This document shows positions 16,910 to 24,800 of a DNA stretch of 38,031 nt, one piece after another; the stretch's first letter is position 1; each line of letters begins with the position of its first letter. Made by a program: the position numbers and the translations under genes. The DNA comes from Chlamydiia bacterium. GTDB lineage: Bacteria; Chlamydiota; Chlamydiia; Chlamydiales; JBMOFD01. Location: contig JBMOFD010000007.1 in the NCBI GenBank assembly GCA_049314435.1, positions 1 to 38,031 of the forward strand, in the 5' to 3' direction. Under the pieces are notes generated by a model. The model was not told the DNA's origin. It made no database searches and saw only the letters and a program-made list of their open reading frames with translations.

Positions 16910-18444
16910 ACTTCAACGCGCTTCCCTGAAGGCAGTTGAAAGAACTGGTACTCGTTGAGGTGTAAGGTATCCTGCGTGGAGACCTCAACTTTGCCTTTAG
17001 CACGCTCGGCAATACGACGGATCTGCGTGTGGTCTCCAGGGCTTAAGTGGCGCTCTAGCTCAGGATGAACCACCAGCTTCAGGGCATTGCCTGGCTGCAT
17101 CAACCGACGGAGATCGCGTTCGATCTCAATGAGCGTCGTATCGTAGCTCTTGATGTGTCCATGGCCCATGCAGTAGGGGCAGGGAGCCATCAGGGTCTGC
17201 TGGAGTGATTCTCGATGACGCTGACGCGTCATCTCGACCAGACCAAACTCACTCATCCCAAGAACCGTGCACTTGGCAGCATCTTCGCGCATGCAATCCT
17301 TGAGCCGTTCCAGAAGCCGTTTCTGGTTCCGACGTGAGCGCATGTCGATGAAGTCACAGACGATCAATCCACCGAGGTTGCGGATGCGCAGCTGACGAGA
17401 GATCTCTTCGGCTGCCTCCATGTTGATCCTCAGAAGAGACTCTTCCACATCCGCAGAGGAGGCCTCCGGTCCGTTGAGAGAACGTCCCGAGTTCACGTCG
17501 ATCGTTGTCATCGCTTCTGTGCGGTCGAGGTAGAGATAGCCCCCGCTAGGCAGCCAGATCTTGCGGCGCAGAGCGCGCTCGATCTCACGATCCACCCCAT
17601 AGCGCTCAAACATCGGCACCTTCTCTTTGTACCAGACGATCTTGAGGTCATGTTCCTGCGCATAGGGCTGATAGAGTTTCTTCAGCTTGAGGTAGGTAGG
17701 ATGGTCGTCAACGATGAGGCTCTCGAATTTGCGATCGACCGCCATCATCAAAGCCCGACGTACTAAATCGGACTCTTGGAAGAGGAGCGTCGGCTTCGAA
17801 GACTCGTTGAAGGCCTTCTTGACTTTGTCCCAATCTTCCAGCAATTCGTGCGCTTCCTGGACGAGCTGATCTTGGGACGCAAACTGACTCGCGGTGCGGC
17901 AGATCAGACCCATGTCCTGAGGCATCTCAAAGGCCCGAATCAGCTTCTTGAGACGTTCACGTGCTGTGCGATCTTCGATCTTCCTGGAGACGCCACGATG
18001 GCTTGTATTCGGTAGGAGCACCAGATAGCGACCAGCTAAAGAGACGTTCGATGTGAGTCGCGCTCCCTTCGATCCGATCGGTTCCTTCACCACTTGGACG
18101 AGAACCGGCTGGTCCGCTGCTAGGCATTGCCGAATGTCGGCCGTGGGCGCCGCTCTGCGGGCACGCGGCTTGATGTCGGTTTCGAAATCCAGCTCAAACA
18201 TCTCTTCGAACTTCTTCGTGTTCTCTACGATGTCGGAGATGTGGATGAATCCATTCTCTCCTTCAGCGATGTCGATGAAGGCCGATTGAATGTTATGGAG
18301 GATGTTGGTGACACGCCCGCGGTAGATGTTCCCAGTGATTTGCCGGGAATTGGTGCGTTCAATGGTCAGGTCTTGAAGGCGCCCATCTTGCAGCACCGCG
18401 AGGCGCATCTCCTTGGGCTCTATGGATAGCAGAAGCTCGTGCAT
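16906..18444 (-). CDS. rng: Ribonuclease G/E family
   Basis: S1 domain GNIYRGRV..SAFIDI, VLVQVVKEPIGSKGARLT, TEAMTTIDVNSG, LRNLGGLIVCDFIDM-type motif, GLVEMTRQR, CPYCMG. Confidence 0.95.
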   Translation of the reverse strand: MHELLLSIEPKEMRLAVLQDGRLQDLTIERTNSRQITGNIYRGRVTNILHNIQSAFIDIAEGENGFIHISDIVENTKKFEEMFELDFETDIKPRARRAAPTADIRQCLAADQPVLVQVVKEPIGSKGARLTSNVSLAGRYLVLLPNTSHRGVSRKIEDRTARERLKKLIRAFEMPQDMGLICRTASQFASQDQLVQEAHELLEDWDKVKKAFNESSKPTLLFQESDLVRRALMMAVDRKFESLIVDDHPTYLKLKKLYQPYAQEHDLKIVWYKEKVPMFERYGVDREIERALRRKIWLPSGGYLYLDRTEAMTTIDVNSGRSLNGPEASSADVEESLLRINMEAAEEISRQLRIRNLGGLIVCDFIDMRSRRNQKRLLERLKDCMREDAAKCTVLGMSEFGLVEMTRQRHRESLQQTLMAPCPYCMGHGHIKSYDTTLIEIERDLRRLMQPGNALKLVVHPELERHLSPGDHTQIRRIAERAKGKVEVSTQDTLHLNEYQFFQLPSGKRVEV

Positions 18445-18516
18445 GGTCTCTACAGATCTAGGAGCGCCAGTGCTCTGAGCCTGAAATGGTTACGTAAGAC
18501 TCGCCCAGCGCCGAAA

Positions 18517-18569
18517 GGTGCCAGTGTAGCGCATTGAACCTGAGAGCGCTACTCGTTTGTCTTGGATGT
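18517..18569 (+). repeat. ~53-bp imperfect direct repeat, left copy (upstream of rng)
   Basis: GGTGCCAGTGTAGCGCATTGAACCTGAGAGCGCTACTCGTTTGTCTTGGATGT aligns with 19312-19363. Confidence 0.8.
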
Positions 18570-18629
18570 CAGCCGGTAGCTTATTCTGTCTCCGTTTGCT
18601 GAGTGGTGCTGAGAAATTCGCTGGTTTTA

Positions 18630-18678
18630 AGCTTAATTTAAACACCCGGTAGTCAATAGTGGGCGTTTAAATTAAGCT
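18630..18678. promoter_or_regulatory. Inverted-repeat operator upstream of the AbiEi gene
   Basis: AGCTTAATTTAAACACCC-13 nt-GGGCGTTTAAATTAAGCT (17/18 match), 16 bp before the ATG. AbiEi proteins are known to autoregulate through promoter inverted repeats. Confidence 0.75.
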
Positions 18679-18694
18679 AAGAACAGAGGCTGAG

Positions 18695-19291
18695 ATGAGA
18701 TCAAAGACCAAGCTGGATGCTCTGACCCCGCTGCTCCGTCTGCCCGCGTTCACAGCTGAACAGGCTAGAGCCGTTGGAGTTTCTTCAGCTCTCCTGAGCC
18801 ACTACGTGAAAGCAGGAGATCTCAGGCGGATTGGGCATGGAATCTACCAGGGGATGGGATACGAAAACCCTGTGGCTTTCAGATGGGAAGATCTGAGCCA
18901 GGCCGTCTCTTCCATCCCGGGTGGGGTGGTCTGTCTTATCTCGGCTCTTGCTCTGTATGACCTCACGGAAGAAATCCCCCGACAACATTGGATTGGCATT
19001 CGACATGGGACCTCAGCCAAATGCACGTCTCAAATCAAGGTCATTCGCTTTCGAAATCTGGAGCTGGGGAAAACGGAAATTGAACTGGATGGGGTGCGTA
19101 TCCCAATCTTCGATAGAGAGAGAACGGTCATCGATGCCTTCCGCCTCCTGGGCCGAGAAACTGCCATCAAAGCTCTGAGGGTGGCTCTATCCAAAAGTGG
19201 ACTGAACCGTCTCGACCTCGTCAAACTCAACGACTATGCCAAAGAACTTCGCTTCGATATCACCCCATACCTATTGAGCATGACAACATGA
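18695..19291 (+). CDS. abiEi: Type IV TA system AbiEi-family antitoxin (orphan)
   Basis: N-terminal wHTH (FTAEQARAVGVS..L..YVKAG.LRRIGHGIY), GVVCLISALALYDLT.EIP, IPIFDRERTVIDAF. Confidence 0.85.
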   Translation: MRSKTKLDALTPLLRLPAFTAEQARAVGVSSALLSHYVKAGDLRRIGHGIYQGMGYENPVAFRWEDLSQAVSSIPGGVVCLISALALYDLTEEIPRQHWIGIRHGTSAKCTSQIKVIRFRNLELGKTEIELDGVRIPIFDRERTVIDAFRLLGRETAIKALRVALSKSGLNRLDLVKLNDYAKELRFDITPYLLSMTT

Positions 19292-19311
19292 GATCGCAAG
19301 GACGGTTGCAT

Positions 19312-19363
19312 GGTGTCAGTATAGCGCCTTGGCACTGAGCGCGCTGCCGTTTGCCTTGGATGT
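19312..19363 (+). repeat. ~52-bp imperfect direct repeat, right copy
   Basis: GGTGTCAGTATAGCGCCTTGGCACTGAGCGCGCTGCCGTTTGCCTTGGATGT. Confidence 0.8.
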
Positions 19364-19400
19364 AAATTAAAAAATTAATAATCTATGAAAGAGAGGTGCT

Positions 19401-19811
19401 ATGGCTCGATCCCCATCCCATGGAGTCCCTACATTGCAGTGGTTCTTTTTTCCCGATCGTACACCTAAGTCGGCACGTGAAGAGCTGCTTCTGAATCTAC
19501 AGGCTCAGTGGATGACGCTGACTCTGCTAGAGAGTGCGGCCTTTGCGTCGTCGGCTCAGGAATGGGCGCCCTTGGGTGTCTATCTCGTGCAGTTCGGGCG
19601 GATCCATCAGAAGCTCCCGCAGCCAGCACGCTCGAATGTGGAGCCTCTCCGTTCTCAGCTATCTAAAGTCCACCAAGCGTGGGATGCCTCGGAAGATGCT
19701 GACGCTTTGACGGCTAAGCTTCGTCAGTTGCCCGCGGCCAAACGTCGAGCGCTGAAAGCATACCAAGTGGCTCTAGAGGCTGCTCTCTCAGAAGTCGTAC
19801 AGTCGCCATAG
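19401..19811 (+). CDS. Hypothetical protein (136 aa)
   Basis: SD GAGAGG and an AT-rich upstream tract; the 3' end overlaps lexA convergently by 24 bp. Confidence 0.6.
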   Translation: MARSPSHGVPTLQWFFFPDRTPKSAREELLLNLQAQWMTLTLLESAAFASSAQEWAPLGVYLVQFGRIHQKLPQPARSNVEPLRSQLSKVHQAWDASEDADALTAKLRQLPAAKRRALKAYQVALEAALSEVVQSP

Positions 19812-20423
19812 AGCAACTAGAGCTCCTAAGAGTTCAACGCGATGGATCGCTCGTACAATCGGAGCGCCCTGTCCAGTGAGGCTCTCTAGCGAGAGATACT
19901 CTCCAGTTGGATAGCAGCGACGTACCCACCACTCTCCACCATCTCGGATCAGAGCGGGTCTGCCCGCTTCCACTTCGGCTCCGGCTTCGATGATCAGAAT
20001 GTCTCCATCGAGCACACCCTCTTCTGACAGACCATCGCCTCGCACCTTGAGAGCGTAGCCCTTGCTCGGATCTAGTTCCAACCCAGGGGGCAGCGTGAAG
20101 GTCCGGGGAATCGGCAGCGTTTCAATGCCCTGGTTAGGGTCGAAGAACCCAAGGAAAGGGATCTCAATGCTGGGGGCTTGTGTCACTGGAGCTTCGACGA
20201 CCGGAGTGCCAGGAGGGATGAGCGTCCGACGACCACGAGTGGTGGGCAGCTGGCCGGACTGGCGCAGAAGATCGATGTGGCGGGCGACCGTAGAGACGGA
20301 CGCCAGGCCAAGATGGGCCTGGATCTCTCGCAGAGTAGGCGCCACGCCCTCGGCCTGATAGTATTGCTGAATGAAGGCCAGGATCTGTTTCTGGCGTGGC
20401 GTCTGAACCTGCATCCTGTCCAT
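19788..20423 (-). CDS. lexA: LexA-like repressor with degenerate autocleavage domain
   Basis: TPRQKQILAFI..G.APTLREI...LGLAS.STV..H LexA wHTH; S24-like C-domain (IPFLG, YALKVRGD, DGDILII). Likely start is ATG 20423 or 20414, not 20585. Confidence 0.85.
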   Translation of the reverse strand: MDRMQVQTPRQKQILAFIQQYYQAEGVAPTLREIQAHLGLASVSTVARHIDLLRQSGQLPTTRGRRTLIPPGTPVVEAPVTQAPSIEIPFLGFFDPNQGIETLPIPRTFTLPPGLELDPSKGYALKVRGDGLSEEGVLDGDILIIEAGAEVEAGRPALIRDGGEWWVRRCYPTGEYLSLESLTGQGAPIVRAIHRVELLGALVALWRLYDF

Positions 20424-21840
20424 GCTCCCAAGTGATTTCATTCTACTCCTCGCACCGATTCTCGCGGCAGCTGCCGTTGGATTCTGGTGGGGGAGGCAGC
20501 GCGCTGAAGCGCGCATCCAGCAGCTCTCCGCATCGCACGCTGCTGCCGTGAATCGCCTCCAGTGGGTCGAAGAGCTACGCACCACACAGGCACAAGAGAT
20601 CGCTCAGCTCGAGCAAGAGCATGAGGAGTGGCATGAGCGGCTAGCTCAAGCTCAATCACAAGTCGTCGGCTTACAAGAGCGTCTCCAGGCTTCTCAGAGC
20701 CAGGCGGAAGGATGGGCTCTCCAAGCACGCGAAGTCTTTCAAGGGCTTGCCTCATCAGTTCTCCATCAGTCGCAGCAGCAGCTCTTGGAGACCGCTCAGC
20801 AGCACTGGGGTTCATTGAGTGGATTCCTACAGACCCACTGGACGGAGAAGAATGAACAGCTGGTGGCCGGTGTCACGCCCGTTTCCCAGGCGATCGAACG
20901 GTTAGAAGCACGCATCAATGAGGTGGAGCGCCAGCGAAGCGGAGCCTACGAAGGGCTACAGGTGCAGTTGCGCCAACTCATGCAGTCAGAACAGACGCTG
21001 CAGGTTGAGACAGCCCGCTTGGTGCAAGCCCTCAAGGCTCCTCAGGTGCGAGGACGCTGGGGCGAGATCCAGCTCCGTCGCGTCGTGGAGCTCGCCGGGA
21101 TGCTCTCCCATTGCGACTTCATGGAGCAGTCGACGATGACCAATGACGAAGGGCGCCAGCTCCGTCCCGACATGGTGATACGTCTGCCCGGTGACAGATA
21201 CCTGGTGGTCGATGCCAAGGCTCCTCTGGATGCCTACTTGCGTGCCCAGGATGCTACGGATGAGAACGAACGACGTAAGTGCCTTCTGGAACACGCTCAG
21301 CGCATCCGTCAGCACATCACCGAGCTCTCCGGTAAACGCTACTGGCAGCAGTTTGAGACGATGCCAGAATTTGTGGTGCTCTTCCTGCCAGGGGAGCCCT
21401 TCTTCAGCGCAGCTCTTCAGGTTGATCCAGGCCTGATCGAAGAGGGCGTGCATCAGAAAGTGATCTTAGCAACGCCTACGACACTGATTGCCCTTCTGAG
21501 ATCAGCTGCCTATGGCTGGTCGCAGATGGAGCTCTCTAAGAATGCTGTGGAGATCTCCACGCTCGGGAAGGAGCTCTATAAGCGTCTCAGCGACTTTGGG
21601 CGCCATTGGTCGGGGTTAGGTAAGGATCTTGAACGTGCGATGCGCTCCTACAACCAAGCAGCTGGCAGCCTAGAACGGCGCGTATTCGTGACGGCAAGGC
21701 GTTTCCGTGATCTACAGGTCGGTGTAGAGGATACTTTACCAGAAGTGCCATCGCTCGAAGAGGGCGCCAGACTCATGGGGGTCCCTGAGTGGTTGGAGGT
21801 GGAGCCTCAACCTGTGGTAGAGGTCCCTGGGGAAGCTTAG
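20422..21840 (+). CDS. rmuC: DNA recombination protein RmuC
   Basis: N-terminal TM and coiled coil, RGRWGEIQLRRVVELAGM, RPD..VDAK, PEFVVLFLPGE, ATPTTLIALL. Confidence 0.95.
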   Translation: MLPSDFILLLAPILAAAAVGFWWGRQRAEARIQQLSASHAAAVNRLQWVEELRTTQAQEIAQLEQEHEEWHERLAQAQSQVVGLQERLQASQSQAEGWALQAREVFQGLASSVLHQSQQQLLETAQQHWGSLSGFLQTHWTEKNEQLVAGVTPVSQAIERLEARINEVERQRSGAYEGLQVQLRQLMQSEQTLQVETARLVQALKAPQVRGRWGEIQLRRVVELAGMLSHCDFMEQSTMTNDEGRQLRPDMVIRLPGDRYLVVDAKAPLDAYLRAQDATDENERRKCLLEHAQRIRQHITELSGKRYWQQFETMPEFVVLFLPGEPFFSAALQVDPGLIEEGVHQKVILATPTTLIALLRSAAYGWSQMELSKNAVEISTLGKELYKRLSDFGRHWSGLGKDLERAMRSYNQAAGSLERRVFVTARRFRDLQVGVEDTLPEVPSLEEGARLMGVPEWLEVEPQPVVEVPGEA

Positions 21841-21852
21841 GCTGGAGATGTT

Positions 21853-24800
21853 CTAGCTGCGTAGCCAGGCAGGCAGTCGATCCTCAATGGAGGGATCTCG
21901 CTGCTTCGCGAGGTGTGCAGCCTCGATGATCATAGAGCGCATTGTGTCGTAGCACCTTTTTGCGGGATGTTGTATTCGCGAGACATCATCCGACTTTGGG
22001 AGGGACCCTCCCCAAAGAGGCTTAAATTCTGCCTCTGCTTTCGAGAGCTGTTGGTCGGGCCAGTGGGCTGGGTCCTGAACAATGGCCTCAGCAGCACATT
22101 CCAGAATTCTATCACGAGAAGCTTTCTGGTTAGCCAACTCATTGGATCCCAACTTGAATAAAGCCCAAAGATCGCTCTGGCTCACCCGGTCAAGGATGGC
22201 TGGCTGATAGAGGAGGGCTGTCGGCATGGCCTTAAAAAAAGCAGGGCTTCGTCCAGGAGGTGATCTAGGCGGATTTGTCACGGTTTGGAGTGCGGAAGGG
22301 ACGGCGGCTTCCACGATGTCGGGGGCGGCCCTGACCTCCGGAGCCATGAACTTTAGGGCTCCCCAGGTCTGACGCGCTGCGGCGAGTTGAACGGACCGGT
22401 GGTCTCGAACTGGACGTTCAATGTACGAGAGAGCTGCGCCATCTTTGCTCACAAGTTCTAGGGCGATCTCTTCTTGAAGTCGAAGTTCTGGGTTCAACAA
22501 CCGGTATAAGGCCTCCAGCTGCTGAATATCTGTCTTTTTAATGCCGGCGATCACCACGGCGGGGATGGCCAGGGCCAGCGGTGGGAGATTCTGAAGCGGA
22601 GAAGTGTTCGACGAAACTGAGCTCCCTAGGCCTCGTTGTCCATGTATTTTGATGTAACCGATCCAACGAGCGATCTGCGGTTCTATCAGAGTCAAAATCT
22701 CTTGATCATGAGCATAGGAGGCATCTAGGTAGTTCGCTGCGGCTGGATTGGCCCTTACTGCGGCCAGCACAAGCTCTCGCCGCAGTTCCCTAGTCGCTGG
22801 CAGATAACGAATGGCTTCAGGCAAATCCCTCAACTCGATCCAGCGATTTGTCAACGCCTTAACCACAGAGGGGATAGCTGCTTCTATTGCCTGTTGTATA
22901 GCAGGGTCCTTCCATATGTCTTGAGGTAAGTCCTTAAGGACCCACCAATATCCATGTTCAAGTGCGTGGATGACGACATGGGGGTGTGATAGAAAGTTGT
23001 TTGGAATAGAGGTGGAGGTTGCAGAACTCCTCTTAAGCTCTTGTTGGAGAGCCTCGATGATCTCCGGATCATTGTCCACGGCAGGGCAGCGTTCGACTGA
23101 ACCAAGGGCCTTTCGATCAAGCTGAATGGCCTCTTTAACAAGAAGTAGGAACTGGCTGTTCTCTGGGTTTAGGTATCGGATGGAGCGAACATCTCGTTCG
23201 ATGGCGGCGCGAGCAAGAGTGGGATCGTTCTGCAGTAGCGGTACCAATTGAGAATATTTATCCATTCCCTGGTCAGCTGTCCCCTGGCGAATGACCTGCT
23301 CTAGACTTGGAACCAATGACTGAAGCTGTTGGAGTCGCTGGTCGATCTCTTGAGACGTAAGCTCCAATCGAAGAGAGCGATTTAGAAGGTGGCCTATCGC
23401 TCCTCCCAGGAATGCCATGTGAGGATTCTGCCTTCCCACCGAGGCCAGCCATGTGGAATCTGCCCATAGACGATCAAGGCTGGACCCCAGCGCATCCTTC
23501 CAGGTGGTGCTAAGAGCCAGGTTTAGCAGGTTGCGATGTTCTGCAGCAGAAAGCTCACCCTCATGACCACCATAGCACGACCTTAGAGCCTGTGGAGAGC
23601 AGGCGGTGGACGTGGCCGACACGAGCACTTTCCGCTGCATGGCGCGTAGCACGTCACGGGACATCTGGGTCTCGGTGGGGCGATAGGGGAGCAAACGAGG
23701 CAAGTCTTGGGCATAGCCAGATGTCCAGCTAAGAATGTTGTTTAGGCTCTCCGCCAGGTTGCCTATATCCTTCATCGAGGTGGCGGATAGTGAGATCGTA
23801 AGACGCAAGGCATGAGGAGCTCTCAAGGCGTCACGGTTGGTCTCCATGCCAGGAAGGGTCGATGGTCCCCGAAGGACTGCACCTGTTCCTGGGTAGGTTC
23901 TCTCAACCAGTCGGCGCAGCCTCTGCCACCGTTGAGTCAAATTGTGGCCGTAGAGAGAGAGTTCCACGCTCAGGCCAGTGCCCTCCTTAGCCTGTTTGAC
24001 ACATAGGTGAGCTGCGTGGTTGCGCAGCGGCACCGAGAGATCCACGGACACCTCATCGGCTGCGCAGTTGACCCCGGATAAGCGTCCACGAGGGAACTTG
24101 TACAGGAAGAATTGGCTCTCAAAGGGGAGGGCTTGCATCGAGTCGATGGTCCAGCGATCGACAAGCCGACACGCGGCCAGTAGATTCTGGTGAGCCAAGG
24201 TAAAGGCATCCTCCAAGGTGACGAGAACGGCAGGCAAGACCTCAGGTGTCTCCAAGGCAGGGGCCCGTCCAACGGACCCACCGATCTCTCGAGACGGGTT
24301 GGTCCCCGCAGTGAATAGAGCCGAGGAGACGTTGAAGGCGCTCGGTTCTAAGTAGGACCCATAGTTAGGAGTGAGGCCACTGTTTTTTTCCTCTGCAAGA
24401 TGGTCCATCGAATTGTTCAGTCGAGAAGCAGCAGCCTCCCAGACCGTGAGGTAGCCATCTTGGCAGTATGGGTGCGGCACCCAAAATTCCCGACCCACGG
24501 GAAGAGTTTTTTCTTTAGGCAGCTCCATGACACGTTTCGTAGCAGCGACGGAGAGCCTCTGCAGTTCCTCGACCATGAGGCGGACTCGTCTAAAGCGCTC
24601 TTCGACAGGCAAGGCATCATGGCCCTTCACCGTTTTGATGACCGAATCGGTCAGGTCGGTGATGGAGGCCAGAAGGTGGCCAGCTTGGATTCTCTCCAGT
24701 TCATTGTCAGACAAGAGGGCCGGTAGGAGGGCATGGGCTGGTTCCAGGATCTGTTTCTGGAACTGCTCCCATCGCTGGTCAAAGCCCTCCAGTTCCGTCC

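Noticed and set aside
20424..20585. 54-aa N-terminal extension of LexA in the ORF track
   Set aside because: It lies antisense within rmuC, and LexA similarity begins only at TPRQ.
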